Notes: generated from the letters alone by a model not told the origin. A stretch of DNA of 33,356 nucleotides from an uncultured Eubacteriales bacterium (GCA_964584535.1 CAZPAX010000002.1:1-33356); one strand, 5' to 3'; positions 16,807 through 27,425 are shown, counted from the stretch's first letter. A program made the numbers and translations.

Positions 16807-18162
16807 TCAAGCTTCCTGATTCTGCGTCTTTTTTTTGCTGATCTTTCTCATGAAAAGGAATATGGGATAGCCTGAGCTGAAAATCGCTATTCCAAAAAGG
16901 GCAGGCCGGGTCTGGGTCAAAAGGACATTCAGTGATACACTGAAGAGAAAAAGGACAAAAATAGCGGGAAGGAGAGGATAGAGAGGTACTTTGTAGCCGC
17001 CATAGCTTCCTTCGAGTCGCGCTTTTCGGCGGAGAGAGAAGAGGGTTGAAGCAACAACAGCCAGATTCAGGCTGTCAATGAACATGACATAGTTGACTAG
17101 GTTTTCGAATGTTCCCAAGAAGTAGATCGAAAGCAAAATTGTTGCCCCAAAAAAGAGGAGGGTGAACTCCTGAACCTGAGTTTTGCTATTAACCCGTTTG
17201 AAGATATAAGGCAGAGCGCCATCTTCAGCCATGGCATAATAAGCCCTGGGGATTTGCATTAGGGTGACATTGACAAATCCCATGGCCGAGAAAAAAATGG
17301 CCAGCGAAATAAAGAGATAACCCATTTTCCCTAGGACAATGTGAGCCAATTCAGCTGCCACCAGCTTGGCCTGGGCAATCCCTGTTATTCCAAGAATCTT
17401 ATAGTAGGCGGCATTGATGAGCAGGTAGCAGGCAATAATAATGAAAATTCCGAAGAAAATGGCTGTAGGCATTTTCCGCTGAGCCCTTTTCACATCCGCG
17501 CCGAAATTGATCGTGCACTGATACCCCCCATAGGTGTAAAAGACAGAGATAAGGCCTGAAGCCAGGGCAATCCAGAAAGGCCTTGTAGCCACAGCCTCAA
17601 CCGGGCCAGGAGTCTCGATTCCTCTGGAACGGAAGGCGGCCAAGACAAGGAGGAGAATCATGCCAATTTTCATCAGGCTGAGAATGTTTTGAGCCCAGGC
17701 TCCTGTTTTGATTCCAAGATAGTTGATGACGACAAGGAAAATAATCAATCCCGTGGCTGTGAGCTGTGTTGCCAGCTGGGTCTGTAGTCTGGCTGGGAGG
17801 ATGACCGGGTTGAGATATTCTGCGCCAATCATAGCCACAGCTGCTGCTCCGGCACCATTGACAACGAGAACGCTTGCCCAGTTGAGCATGAAGGCGAAAG
17901 CAGAATGATAAGATTCTGCAACTACCTTGTAGAAAGCCCCTGGCTTTGAGAATCTGGAGCCAATCTCAGCGTAGGTCAGGGCGCCAAAGAGGCTGATCAG
18001 TCCGCCTAAAATCCAGGCTGTAAAAAAAAGGAATGGGGTCTGGGTAGAGCCGGCCACTATGGCTGGAGTTCGGAAAATACCAATCCCGATGACCAGACTG
18101 ACGACAATCATGGTTGTATCAAAAGTCGTCAGTTTTGCCTTGATGGCCATATTCTTTTTCAC
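16807..18162 (-). CDS. APC-superfamily amino acid permease
   Basis: 451 aa with about 12 predicted TM helices. The N-terminal TTFDTTMIVVSLVIGIGIFRTP segment is typical of APC amino acid transporters. Confidence 0.8.
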   Translation of the reverse strand: MKKNMAIKAKLTTFDTTMIVVSLVIGIGIFRTPAIVAGSTQTPFLFFTAWILGGLISLFGALTYAEIGSRFSKPGAFYKVVAESYHSAFAFMLNWASVLVVNGAGAAAVAMIGAEYLNPVILPARLQTQLATQLTATGLIIFLVVINYLGIKTGAWAQNILSLMKIGMILLLVLAAFRSRGIETPGPVEAVATRPFWIALASGLISVFYTYGGYQCTINFGADVKRAQRKMPTAIFFGIFIIIACYLLINAAYYKILGITGIAQAKLVAAELAHIVLGKMGYLFISLAIFFSAMGFVNVTLMQIPRAYYAMAEDGALPYIFKRVNSKTQVQEFTLLFFGATILLSIYFLGTFENLVNYVMFIDSLNLAVVASTLFSLRRKARLEGSYGGYKVPLYPLLPAIFVLFLFSVSLNVLLTQTRPALFGIAIFSSGYPIFLFMRKISKKKTQNQEA

Positions 18163-18198
18163 CAGCTGGGATTTTTATCAGGTACTATATTTATGGCA

Positions 18199-20778
18199 TC
18201 AGAATAAGAGAGAATTGAAGAGAAATTTGAAACTGCCATGGGCTTGAGCTCGATGGAGAACATTGAATCCGAGAAGAATGACTTTTCCCGCTCCGCTGGA
18301 GCATTCTATTGCAGCCGCTTTTCCCAGGAGTTTATCCTCATTGAGAATTATCCCGCTTAATAGTGGATTATAAAGGGGATAGGAAGCGATGACAGTTCCT
18401 TTTTCTACAGCAAAAACAGGGCTGAAATAGGAGAAAATAGTTCCCTCTTTCCCCATTCCGAAGCCGACCGGAAGAGAATCATTTATCTCAACTTTTAAGA
18501 GAGAGCCAGGACAATAGATCCTTTCTTTTCTTTCTTTCTCGGTCGAAGAGTCAGCAGCCCTTTCTCTTGGAGATGGAAAAGAAACAAGATTTTTCAAGGC
18601 GAGGCCAAGGTATTGGATAGCAAAATCTGAAGAATTGCCGATACAAATCAATTTGCCTCCTTTGTGGACAAAGTTTTCAAAGGAGCTGATCCCTTCTTGG
18701 CCTATTCCGCCAGCATACTGAGGAGGAGTTTCGCCTTCCTTTCTTCCTTCAATCAGGGTAGAAGTTGACATACTGGGCAGAATGATATGAGTGTAGGAAT
18801 TTTCCAGATTCCCGGCCTTTATCTCTTCATTGTGGATTGAGTTGAAAGGAAACTCAAACTGCTCCAGAACCCATCTCAGCCAGCCCTCATCAGAGTTTGC
18901 AATCCAGGATTGGTAGAGGCCAATTTTAGGCTGGAGGAGAGGAAAAAGCTTAGCTTCAGGCTTTGTTTTGCTTTGGAAAATATTTAAACCTAAGTCTTTG
19001 GCAAGGGCAGAAAGCGCTGGCTGGGTGACCTGCCCGCCATCGAGGATAATTGTTCCTGCTGGAAAAATTTTGCCTTCATGGTCGAAGGATTTCTCCGAGA
19101 AATGGATTTTCACTCCTTTTTTGTGGAGGCGGTTAAGAAGGATGGAGTCATTGTTTGCCTGGTTTGAGAGGAAGAAATAGTTTGAGCCTTTTCCCGCAAA
19201 TTTTGTCTGCGGCCTATCTATCTTAGAAAGCTGCTTCATCTCTGCCTGAAAGGGATTTGTGACCTGGATAGCTTTAACACCCATCTGGAGGGGAAGAGTC
19301 CAGCTGGCTTCGTCATAGGGAAGATCTGGGGTCCCTTCTCTGGTCGTCATCATTGGATAAGCTTTTCTTTCCATGAGGTCCTTGATAAAAGCCCGGTAAG
19401 GCTGGGCCAGGGGAATGATGAAAGTATTAGCCGGATAATTCGTTTCATCAGCGATAAAGGAGCGCTCTGCTTCATATATTTCTGCTCCTCCATCGTGAAG
19501 AATTTGGAGAAGCTTCGAGGCCGTGGGAAGGTCTCTCTGGTCAAGGGGGACGAGGTAAGCAAAAGGGGGTTCGGTTTTTCCTTTTTCGATCTGCCTTTCG
19601 GCAAATAGTCGAAAATTAGAGAGGTATTTCTCTTTATTCTGGGCAATTGTCTTAAGCAAGGAAAGGGCGGTAATCTCTTCATAGTCGATAATATCCCGGA
19701 TTCGCCACCAACCTCCAGGCCAGGGTTCAAGATAATTGGACTGAGCGCCAGACGTCTCGATTCCTTCTCCTCTCATTTGAATTTCGTTTTTTCTTATAAA
19801 GATGGGGGAAGCCAAATTTGCGCTGGCCGCCTCGGAGAGAATGCCAAAAACATTGTGGCGGAGAGGGGCCGCCCGATGGGCAGAATTGTACCAGGTGTCA
19901 AAGATGACATTGGTCGCAATTCCACTCTTTCCCTCCCTGGTGAGATCCACTGCCGCCTTGGCAAGTAGAAGATGGAGCTCCCGCAGAAGCAAAGGATCAA
20001 GATTGGGATTGACCGGGTCATCATAAGGAGGGATAAAAAAGCGGGCGCCATGAGAGCCCATTTGATGGACATCGTAGACAAGGAGGGGGAACCACTCCTT
20101 ATAAAGAACTTTGGTCACCAGCTGGGTTTCTTTTTGAGTAAGCATGAACCAGTCACGATTGTTGTCGTGGCCAACATAGTAGTGATAGAGCCAGGGCATG
20201 GGGCTTGCTTCATAGGGAGTGCCCAAATGCTTTGAATACCAATCTGAAACAAGATCAATGCCATCAGGATTTGTCGAGGGGAAAAGGAGAAGGACTGTCT
20301 CTTCCAGAATGTTTTGAATTTCTGGACTTTCTTCAGATGCCAACCGGTAGGCAAGTTCCAAAGACATCTGGGAAGCGGCGATTTCTGTGGAATGGATAGA
20401 GCAGGAGATAAGGATAACTGCTTTTCCTCGTCTGGCGAGTTCCTCCTTTTCTCCAGGAGAGAGGTACCTTGGGTCATGAAGTTTTTTCTGGATTTCTTTT
20501 ATCTCTTCTAACTTGGTCAGGTTCGAGGCAGAGCTGATCACAGCCATGATAAACCTTCGCCCCATGGTTGATTGGCCCAGGTTGATGACTTTGATTTTGG
20601 CTGAAGAAGAGGCGAGCTTATCGAAATAGCCAAGAATCTGGTTCCAGTTGGCAAGCTTAAAGTCTTCACCCACTTTAAATCCCAGAATTTCCTGAGGGGA
20701 GGGCACAGATGCGCTGAAGGCAAAGAGAGCGATAAGAAAGAAGATGCCAGCAAGAAAGGATATTTTTTTTACCTTCAT
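18199..20778 (-). CDS. Secreted M14-family zinc carboxypeptidase, large multidomain form
   Basis: Signal peptide MKVKKISFLAGIFFLIALFAFSA with GGAGG upstream. SIHSTEIAASQ provides the HxxE zinc ligands and VYDVHQMGSHG is the later His region. The long C-terminal extension looks like a GATase1-type domain. Confidence 0.75.
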   Translation of the reverse strand: MKVKKISFLAGIFFLIALFAFSASVPSPQEILGFKVGEDFKLANWNQILGYFDKLASSSAKIKVINLGQSTMGRRFIMAVISSASNLTKLEEIKEIQKKLHDPRYLSPGEKEELARRGKAVILISCSIHSTEIAASQMSLELAYRLASEESPEIQNILEETVLLLFPSTNPDGIDLVSDWYSKHLGTPYEASPMPWLYHYYVGHDNNRDWFMLTQKETQLVTKVLYKEWFPLLVYDVHQMGSHGARFFIPPYDDPVNPNLDPLLLRELHLLLAKAAVDLTREGKSGIATNVIFDTWYNSAHRAAPLRHNVFGILSEAASANLASPIFIRKNEIQMRGEGIETSGAQSNYLEPWPGGWWRIRDIIDYEEITALSLLKTIAQNKEKYLSNFRLFAERQIEKGKTEPPFAYLVPLDQRDLPTASKLLQILHDGGAEIYEAERSFIADETNYPANTFIIPLAQPYRAFIKDLMERKAYPMMTTREGTPDLPYDEASWTLPLQMGVKAIQVTNPFQAEMKQLSKIDRPQTKFAGKGSNYFFLSNQANNDSILLNRLHKKGVKIHFSEKSFDHEGKIFPAGTIILDGGQVTQPALSALAKDLGLNIFQSKTKPEAKLFPLLQPKIGLYQSWIANSDEGWLRWVLEQFEFPFNSIHNEEIKAGNLENSYTHIILPSMSTSTLIEGRKEGETPPQYAGGIGQEGISSFENFVHKGGKLICIGNSSDFAIQYLGLALKNLVSFPSPRERAADSSTEKERKERIYCPGSLLKVEINDSLPVGFGMGKEGTIFSYFSPVFAVEKGTVIASYPLYNPLLSGIILNEDKLLGKAAAIECSSGAGKVILLGFNVLHRAQAHGSFKFLFNSLLF

Positions 20779-20867
20779 CCCTTTCCTCCTTTAAATGAGA
20801 AATTTTCCCTTTTTGGCAATGATTTTTCCTTCTCTAAGATTGGCTTTAATTTTTTATGAAAAAGGAA

Positions 20868-22796
20868 CTATTCTTCTTCAAACCTGGAAAGGACATCAGA
20901 GTTGACCTTGAGGAAGAGGTCGTATTTTATCTTCACTCCCTTTTCTTCTCTTATCTTGGCTAGGTAGGAGTGGAGGAATTTGTTTTTCTTTATCTCCAGG
21001 AGATTCTCCTTTTCCGTCTTTTTGTTTTTTTCAAAATCTTCGGAAGTGGTTTCTTTCCTTTCAAGAACTCTGAGCAGGGCATACCCATTTTCAGATTCTA
21101 TGGGCTGGCTAACTTCATTCAAAGGAAGGAAAAAGGCAACCTGATCGGCTTCTGGACTCTCTCCGATAAGACTCAGATACTGTTCGCGCTTGTGTTCATT
21201 AACGGTTTTGTATTCCAGCTTATATTTTTGGGCGATATCCTCCCAATTTTTTTCTCCAAGACTTTCCCTAATCTCTTTGATTTTTTCCAGGACTTTTTCT
21301 TTTCTCTTTAACTCGCTCGCGTCTTTTTCCACTTCTTCTTTCACTTCTTCAAATGAGGCAGGCCGCGGAGCCTCTATTTTTTCCAGTTGAGCAATTCCCA
21401 CTCCTTCAAAGGCATAAATAGGAGAAGAAATCTCTTTCTCTTTGAGCTTAAAGAGGCTCTGGCTTATGGAGCCAGAGGGGTCGAAATCCTCCAAGGCTTC
21501 TCCTTCTTTGAGAAGCCCTGTAGTTTTAATTTTGAAGCCTGTTTTTTGGGATGCCACATCTAGGCTTTTCTCTTTTTTTGAACTTCGCTCCAAGCGGGCG
21601 ATCCTCTCGCCGGCCAGATTCCTTGCCTTCTGATCGAGGAGGGTGTTCTTGATTCTCTCTTTAACTTCTTCAAGTGGCTGGGTTGAGGCAGGCTCTTTTT
21701 CCGTGACTTTGAGGATCGATACTCCTCCTTCAAGCTCCACCACTCCGGAAGTCTTTCCCGCTTCCAGCTTTTGAATTTCTTCCTGTTCTTTGGAAGAAAG
21801 TGACTTCCATTCTGAAAGCCCCCAGTCTCCTCCATCTTTTGCTTTTTCATCCGCTGAATACTTTCTAGCCAATTCTCCAAAATCATCTCCTTTAGCTATT
21901 CTCTCCAGGAGGCTTTGAGCTTCGGATACGACAGCCACTTTTTCTTTGTTTCCCAGGGCGAGAAAGATTCTGCTGACTTTGATCTTTTCCGGCACTTTGT
22001 AGAGATCTTGATTATCCTTGTAATAGTCAGCGATTTCTGAATTACTGAGTTCTATTTCTTTTCTTAAGTCCGTAACTTTGAGGAAGACATAGGAGCCCGC
22101 CCTTTTTTCTGGAATCTTGTATTTTTCTCTGTTCTTTTCAAAGTAGGCTTGAACTTCTGAGGAAAGCGGCTTCTCCGGCAGTTCTATTTTGCTCTTTTCG
22201 AGAACAAGATATTCCAATTTGGCGCTTTCATTGGCTTTTTTGTATTCGCTCCAGAGTTCTTCCTGGGTACTGGTGATTCCTGCTGTGAGAACCTGAATGA
22301 CTTTATTCAAAGTGATTTCTCTTTTGAGGTTTTCCTCGAAATCGGCGATGGGAATCCGGTTCCAATCCAGAATTTTTCTGTATTCCTCAAAACCTATGAA
22401 CTTTCCGTCCTTCTGGAAGACAGGATAACTGATGATTTTTTCTCGGATCTCCTCAGCGGATGCGCTGATGCCCATATCTCTGGCCAGCTGGAGGAGGAGG
22501 ATTTGCTGAATCATCTGCTCCAGAACCTGCTGAGGAATGTTAAGCTGCTGAATGAATTCTTTTGTCAGGCTCTGATAGTTTTTTTTCAATATTTCGAGTC
22601 TTTCTCTAAGGTTCTGGTAATAGGAATCTGTCGAGATCTTTTCTCTCCCCACAAAAACGATTGTGTTGGCAGATCGGGTCTCTCCTAAACGTCCTGCTCC
22701 TCCCCAGACAGCAAAAATGGCAACAACAAAAGCGGCGATCACAATCCACAAGGTAGGAGCCAAAGATTTAACATTTTTTCTCATCGCTTTTAGCAT
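20868..22796 (-). CDS. ppiD: Periplasmic chaperone / peptidyl-prolyl isomerase PpiD
   Basis: The N-terminus MLKAMRKNVKSLAPTLWIVIAAFVVAIFAVWGG (membrane anchor) is the canonical PpiD opening. A SurA-N-like region is followed by a parvulin-like domain (KVSRIFL...GDDFGELARKYSADEKAKDGGDWG). Confidence 0.8.
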   Translation of the reverse strand: MLKAMRKNVKSLAPTLWIVIAAFVVAIFAVWGGAGRLGETRSANTIVFVGREKISTDSYYQNLRERLEILKKNYQSLTKEFIQQLNIPQQVLEQMIQQILLLQLARDMGISASAEEIREKIISYPVFQKDGKFIGFEEYRKILDWNRIPIADFEENLKREITLNKVIQVLTAGITSTQEELWSEYKKANESAKLEYLVLEKSKIELPEKPLSSEVQAYFEKNREKYKIPEKRAGSYVFLKVTDLRKEIELSNSEIADYYKDNQDLYKVPEKIKVSRIFLALGNKEKVAVVSEAQSLLERIAKGDDFGELARKYSADEKAKDGGDWGLSEWKSLSSKEQEEIQKLEAGKTSGVVELEGGVSILKVTEKEPASTQPLEEVKERIKNTLLDQKARNLAGERIARLERSSKKEKSLDVASQKTGFKIKTTGLLKEGEALEDFDPSGSISQSLFKLKEKEISSPIYAFEGVGIAQLEKIEAPRPASFEEVKEEVEKDASELKRKEKVLEKIKEIRESLGEKNWEDIAQKYKLEYKTVNEHKREQYLSLIGESPEADQVAFFLPLNEVSQPIESENGYALLRVLERKETTSEDFEKNKKTEKENLLEIKKNKFLHSYLAKIREEKGVKIKYDLFLKVNSDVLSRFEEE

Positions 22797-22829
22797 GATC
22801 TCACCTCAAATGTTGTCTCTTCCGACAAA

Positions 22830-23975
22830 CTAAAATTCTTTGAGTAGATTTCTGGCAACAACCAAGCGCTGGACTTCAGAGGTCCCTTCATAGATCGTCA
22901 GGACTCTGGCATCTCTAAAGATTCTTTCAATTAAAAATTCCTTGGAATAGCCATAGGCGCCATGAATTTGTAGGGCTTGATAGGCAATTCTGTTGGCTGC
23001 CTCTGAGGCAAAAAGCTTGGCCATGGAGGCTTCCTTGGTAAAAGGCTTCCCCTTATCATTGAAATTGGCGGCTCGATAAGTCAGCAGCCGCGAAGCTTCA
23101 AGGAGAGTGGCAATGTCGGCAATCATGAATTGAATGGCCTGGAATTCAGAAATTTTTTTGCCAAAAGCTTCTCTCTGGTTTGCGTACCTCACTGCTTCTT
23201 CCAGGGCCTGCTCGGAAAGGCCAACGCTTTGGGCAGCGATGCCAATCCGCGAGCGGTCAAGGCAGTGGAAAGCTATGGAAGCGCCCTTTCCCTCTTCTCC
23301 AAGGAGATTTTCCACAGGCACCTGGCAGTCTTCAAGGACAAGCTCTGTAGTTAGAGAAGAGTGGAGCCCCATTTTTTCTTCAATCTTAGAGGCCTTAAAA
23401 CCAGGGAAATCTTTTTCAATAATGAAGGCACAGAGCTTCTTTGAGCCAGGCTCTGGCTCGGTGAAGGCAAAGAGGATAACAGCGTCAGCTTCGCTTCCGC
23501 TGGTGACCCAGGACTTTATCCCGTTCAAAATATAAAAATTGCCGTGTCTTTGAGCTCTAGTTTTCAAATTCGTGGCATCAGAACCAGCTCCAGGCTCAGT
23601 CAGAGAAAAGGCTCCTAAGATTTCTCCTTTGGCTGACTTAGGAAGATATTTCGTCTTCTGCATCTTGGTTCCAAATTTGAGAATGGCGTAGCAGAAAAGC
23701 GAACAGTGGACGCTTACAATCACTGCCAGCGCTGGAGAGACTCTGCCCAATTCCTCCAGGACAAGGGCAAGGGAAAGAGAATCTGTTTTTGTCCCTCCAT
23801 ATTCAGGAGGGATAGACATTCCCAAGATCCCCAATGAAGCCAGCTTTTTTAATATTTCCAGAGGAAATTGGTGACTTTCCTCCAGAGTTTTGACTTGAGG
23901 GAGTATCTCCTTTTTGGCAAAATCCCTGATCATTTCCTTTAGCAACTTTTGCTCTTCGCTGAGTTCGAAATTCAT
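22830..23975 (-). CDS. Acyl-CoA dehydrogenase (short/medium-chain, butyryl-CoA dehydrogenase-like)
   Basis: 381 aa with the ACAD blocks GAFSLTEPGAGSD and QIHGAYGYSKEF, and the C-terminal catalytic-Glu segment IYEGTSEVQRLVVARNLL. Confidence 0.9.
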   Translation of the reverse strand: MNFELSEEQKLLKEMIRDFAKKEILPQVKTLEESHQFPLEILKKLASLGILGMSIPPEYGGTKTDSLSLALVLEELGRVSPALAVIVSVHCSLFCYAILKFGTKMQKTKYLPKSAKGEILGAFSLTEPGAGSDATNLKTRAQRHGNFYILNGIKSWVTSGSEADAVILFAFTEPEPGSKKLCAFIIEKDFPGFKASKIEEKMGLHSSLTTELVLEDCQVPVENLLGEEGKGASIAFHCLDRSRIGIAAQSVGLSEQALEEAVRYANQREAFGKKISEFQAIQFMIADIATLLEASRLLTYRAANFNDKGKPFTKEASMAKLFASEAANRIAYQALQIHGAYGYSKEFLIERIFRDARVLTIYEGTSEVQRLVVARNLLKEF

Positions 23976-23997
23976 TTTTTCCCTTCTCTAAATCAGG

Positions 23998-24024
23998 TTT
24001 CCTCTCTCCTCACTGGAGAGGAAA
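23998..24024. terminator. 9-bp stem hairpin between the HIT and acyl-CoA dehydrogenase genes; weak or bidirectional terminator or processing site
   Basis: TTTCCTCTC (23998-24006) pairs with GAGAGGAAA (24016-24024) across a 9-nt loop. A clean T-run follows only on the plus strand (ATTTTTTAAATTTT). On the coding (minus) strand only CCUGAUUU follows. Confidence 0.3.
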
Positions 24025-24029
24025 ATTTT

Positions 24030-24521
24030 TTAAATTTTCTCTTTTTGGAATATGGAGAGGAGTCGCTCATATGTTGTTGGCAAATCCTCAATAAGAACCC
24101 GGGTTCGGCTGACCAAGGGCATGAAATTTGAATCCCCAATCCAGCGGGGTATGACATGGAGATGGTAATGGTCGGTCACACCCGCACCAGCGCATTGGCC
24201 GAGGTTCATGCCTGTATTAAATCCGTGAGGCTTGTAGTTCCTCTTCAAGACTTTAAGGCTCAATTTGAGAAGATCTGCCATTTCGTCAGAGGTTTCCTTT
24301 TTTGTCTGCTCATAAGAAGCAAGATGTTTGTAGGGAGCGATCATCAAGTGGCCAGGTGTATAAGGGTATTTGTTGAGAATAATGAAGTTCGAGATCCCTC
24401 GGAAAAGGATAAAAGCCTTCCGGTCGTTTTTGAGCTTGAGAGCTTGGCAGAAGATGCACGCATTCATTTTTAGGACTTTCTTCACATATTCTTCTCTCCA
24501 AGGAGCTGAGATATATTCCAT
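24030..24521 (-). CDS. HIT (histidine triad) family nucleotide hydrolase/transferase
   Basis: The histidine triad is HYHLHVIPR. Length is 163 aa. Its ATG overlaps the upstream stop by 1 nt (TAATG at 24519-24523). Confidence 0.85.
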   Translation of the reverse strand: MEYISAPWREEYVKKVLKMNACIFCQALKLKNDRKAFILFRGISNFIILNKYPYTPGHLMIAPYKHLASYEQTKKETSDEMADLLKLSLKVLKRNYKPHGFNTGMNLGQCAGAGVTDHYHLHVIPRWIGDSNFMPLVSRTRVLIEDLPTTYERLLSIFQKEKI

Positions 24522-24796
24522 TATTTATTGATCAGTTCTTTGAAAAGTTTGCTTGGCTTAAAATAGAGGACTTTTTTAGGAGGAACTTTCACCGGACTTC
24601 CAGTCCGTGGATTTCTTCCGACCCGAGAAGTCCTTTTTCGGAAACGAAAACTCCCAAAACCTCTGACTTCGATCTCTTCTCCTTTCAAGATCGCATCCTT
24701 GATTGTCTTGAAAAAGAGATTTACGCCAATTTCTGCCTCTTGTTTGGGGATGTTCATTTCTTTAGAGATTTTGTTAATGAGGTCGGCTTTAATCAT
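24521..24796 (-). CDS. HU/IHF-family DNA-binding protein (IHF beta-like)
   Basis: The 91-aa segment IEVRGFGSFRFRKRTSRVGRNPRTGSPVKVPPKKVLYFKPSK matches the IHF/HU arm region. The position immediately downstream of rpsA mirrors the E. coli rpsA-ihfB arrangement. Confidence 0.85.
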   Translation of the reverse strand: MIKADLINKISKEMNIPKQEAEIGVNLFFKTIKDAILKGEEIEVRGFGSFRFRKRTSRVGRNPRTGSPVKVPPKKVLYFKPSKLFKELINK

Positions 24797-26534
24797 TTTT
24801 TTCCTCCTTTTTTGTGACTGTCTTTTTTGGAGAACTAATTTTTTTGAGCTGATCCTTCATGATATCGCCCAGGGAAAATCGATTATCCTGATGCCACATG
24901 TATTTTTGGTATTCCAGCTTTTGCATTTCCAGCTGGGCTTGCCTGAAACTGAGAGATATTTTTTTCTCTTTTGGATTCATTTTTATGATTTTTGCCACTC
25001 GCTCCTCTCCCACAGAAAAACTTTCGGCAGGGTTTTCAATCTTTTTTTCATCGAGTTCGGAGAGGAAAACGACCCCTTCAATTCCTGGAGTTATCTCGAC
25101 AAAAACTCCAAAGTCAGCAATCCGCACGATTTTGGCGTTGACAAGATCGCCTGTTTTATGCCTAGCGAAAAAATCCTCCCAGATATCTCCTTGGAGCTGT
25201 TTTATTCCCAAAGAAACTTTCTGCTTTTCGACATCGATATTGAGAATAATGGCTTCAACGTCTTCCCCAACTTTCAGTTTCTGCGAGGGATGCTTGATTT
25301 TTTCCCAAGAAATATCCGAGATATGAATAAGACCTTCGATTCCTTTTTCAACTTCCATAAAAGCGCCAAAATCGGTGATGCTAGTGATAACACCCTTGAC
25401 ACGAGAGCCAGGGCTGAATTTTTGTTTGAGGATTTCCAGTGGATGGGGTGTAGCCTGCTTGAGGCCCAAAGAGATTCTTTTCAATGAGGGATTTACATCC
25501 AGCACTGTCACCAGGACTTCATCTTCGACATTTAGAATTTTTTTAGGATGAACGAGTTTGCGGGACCAGGTGAGATCTGAAATATGGACGAGCCCTTCGA
25601 CACCTTTTTCAAGCTCGATGAAAGCGCCAAAGTCGGTTAGGCTGACAACCTTGCCCTTGACTTTTTGTCCAACTTTATATTTTTCTTCGATATTTTTCCA
25701 GGGATCGGGAGTCAGTTGTTTGTAGCCAAGGGAGATTTTCTCATCTTTCTCCGAGAAATCAAGGACCAAAACTTCGACTTCCTGACCAACCTCAAGAAGC
25801 TCTGAGGGATGATTGATCTTTCCCCAGGACATATCTGAGATATGAAGAAGCCCCTCCACTCCGCCCAGGTCCACAAAGGCTCCGAAATTGGTCAAAGACT
25901 TGACATGGCCTTTGATTTTCTGCCCTTGACTCAAGTTGCTGAAGACCCGCCTTCTTCTTTTTTCTTTTTCGTCTTGGAGAAAAAGCTTCCGGGAAAGGAC
26001 TGCATTTTCTGTTTTCCTATCGAATTTTATGACTTTGAATTTGTAATTGTTTCCGATGAGTTTTTCTGGATCCTTGACAGGTTTGACATCGGCATGGGAG
26101 TCAGGGAGAAAGCTTTTGATTCCCACGTTGACGATGAATCCATTTTTTATTTTTTCTTTGATTTTTCCAATGATCCAGCTCTGATGGATGTAGGCTCTTT
26201 CCAGCGTATCTAGGGCTTTTAAAACATCTGCCCTCTTTTTGGAGAGGACAAGATAACCCTCCCGGAAATCCGCCTTTTCCAAAAGTGCTTCGACAGCATC
26301 CCCAAGACGGATTTTGCCTGGCTCCTGGCTGTCCTCAAAGTCTTCAAGAGGGATTACTCCTTCAGATTTAAAGCCAATATCGACAAGTACATGGTTTGGA
26401 GTGATTTTAATCACCTTGCCTTTGACGATTTTTCCAGGAGCTATTTCCTTGGCACTGAATTGATACTTCTCCAGCAGGGTTTTGTAATCCTCAGAAGAGA
26501 TTTTTTCTTCTTTTCGTTTCGTTATCTCTGACAT
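24789..26534 (-). CDS. rpsA: 30S ribosomal protein S1 (six S1 domains)
   Basis: 581 aa with six repeats of the S1 OB-fold signature (G.V..I..FGAFV.L..GVEGL.HIS...). It overlaps ispH by 13 nt and the IHF-like gene by 8 nt. Confidence 0.95.
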   Translation of the reverse strand: MSEITKRKEEKISSEDYKTLLEKYQFSAKEIAPGKIVKGKVIKITPNHVLVDIGFKSEGVIPLEDFEDSQEPGKIRLGDAVEALLEKADFREGYLVLSKKRADVLKALDTLERAYIHQSWIIGKIKEKIKNGFIVNVGIKSFLPDSHADVKPVKDPEKLIGNNYKFKVIKFDRKTENAVLSRKLFLQDEKEKRRRRVFSNLSQGQKIKGHVKSLTNFGAFVDLGGVEGLLHISDMSWGKINHPSELLEVGQEVEVLVLDFSEKDEKISLGYKQLTPDPWKNIEEKYKVGQKVKGKVVSLTDFGAFIELEKGVEGLVHISDLTWSRKLVHPKKILNVEDEVLVTVLDVNPSLKRISLGLKQATPHPLEILKQKFSPGSRVKGVITSITDFGAFMEVEKGIEGLIHISDISWEKIKHPSQKLKVGEDVEAIILNIDVEKQKVSLGIKQLQGDIWEDFFARHKTGDLVNAKIVRIADFGVFVEITPGIEGVVFLSELDEKKIENPAESFSVGEERVAKIIKMNPKEKKISLSFRQAQLEMQKLEYQKYMWHQDNRFSLGDIMKDQLKKISSPKKTVTKKEEKND

Positions 26535-27400
26535 TGGACCATGTTCTCGCTTTGGATTTGCTGTTTGAAGCTATTCTTGATTTTCGCCACAGCTTCGTGG
26601 ATAGCTTCTGGTGGAGTAGATGCCCCCCCTGAAATGCCTATTTTTTTCGCTCCTTTTAACATTTTTGGAGTGATTTGTTCCGCTTTTTCAATAAAATGAG
26701 TATTGGCTAAGATTCTTTTTGAGATTTGGTAGAGTTTATTAGTGTTTGAGCTTGCCTTTCCGCCGATGATGAAAAGGGTATCGACTTCTGAAGCTAGAGC
26801 TGAAGTCAATTTTTGCCGAGTTTGAGTGGAATGGCAAATCGTGTTATAGACCTTGAGCTCCTCAGTTTTTTCGATGAGCGCAGAGACAACTTTTTCAAAA
26901 AGGAAGAGATCCTGGGTTGATTGGGCAAGAACGGCCCTCTTTTTTTTTGGAGGCAAGACACTCGCCTGGATTTCATTTTCGACAATGATCCCTTTTCCCC
27001 GACTGTATCCGACCAGGCCCTTTATTTCGGGATGTTCACGATTGCCGACAATAACAATTTCCCTTTTCTCTCTGGTTAAGCGTTCGACCAATTTCTGAAT
27101 TTTCTTGACAATCGGGCAGGTGGCATCAATGACTTTGATTTTTTTTTGAAGGAGTGATTTGTAAACATCGGGCGACACGCCGTGGCTGCGGATAATGACT
27201 GTTGCGTCTTCGATGTCCTTCAGGTTTTCGACCGAATCGATTCCTTGCCTTTTGAGGTCAGCGATAACCTGAGGGTTGTGGATTAAAGCGCCCAGCGTCA
27301 AAACTTTCCCCCTTCTTGTGCTTCTTGTCTCCCGCGCTATGCGCAGAGCTCTTTTGACTCCATAGCACAATCCGCTATTTTTGGCAGTAATGATTTCCAT
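26522..27400 (-). CDS. ispH: 4-hydroxy-3-methylbut-2-enyl diphosphate reductase
   Basis: Start at MEIITAKNSGLCYGVKRAL (ATG 27400); the first cluster Cys lies in the canonical GFCxGVxRA-type motif. Other IspH blocks are IHNPQV, DATCP and ICHSTQ. The track's longer start (27454) lies inside the -35 box. Confidence 0.9.
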   Translation of the reverse strand: MEIITAKNSGLCYGVKRALRIARETRSTRRGKVLTLGALIHNPQVIADLKRQGIDSVENLKDIEDATVIIRSHGVSPDVYKSLLQKKIKVIDATCPIVKKIQKLVERLTREKREIVIVGNREHPEIKGLVGYSRGKGIIVENEIQASVLPPKKKRAVLAQSTQDLFLFEKVVSALIEKTEELKVYNTICHSTQTRQKLTSALASEVDTLFIIGGKASSNTNKLYQISKRILANTHFIEKAEQITPKMLKGAKKIGISGGASTPPEAIHEAVAKIKNSFKQQIQSENMVQCQR

Positions 27401-27425
27401 TTCTCTAAAATTTGGATGACGCCTT

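Noticed and set aside
24699-25487. 262-aa plus-strand ORF antisense to rpsA, with a 142-aa ORF at 24898..25326
   Set aside because: It lies entirely within the well-supported S1 gene. The composition is low-complexity (F/L/S-rich), which is typical of the antisense frame of a biased gene.
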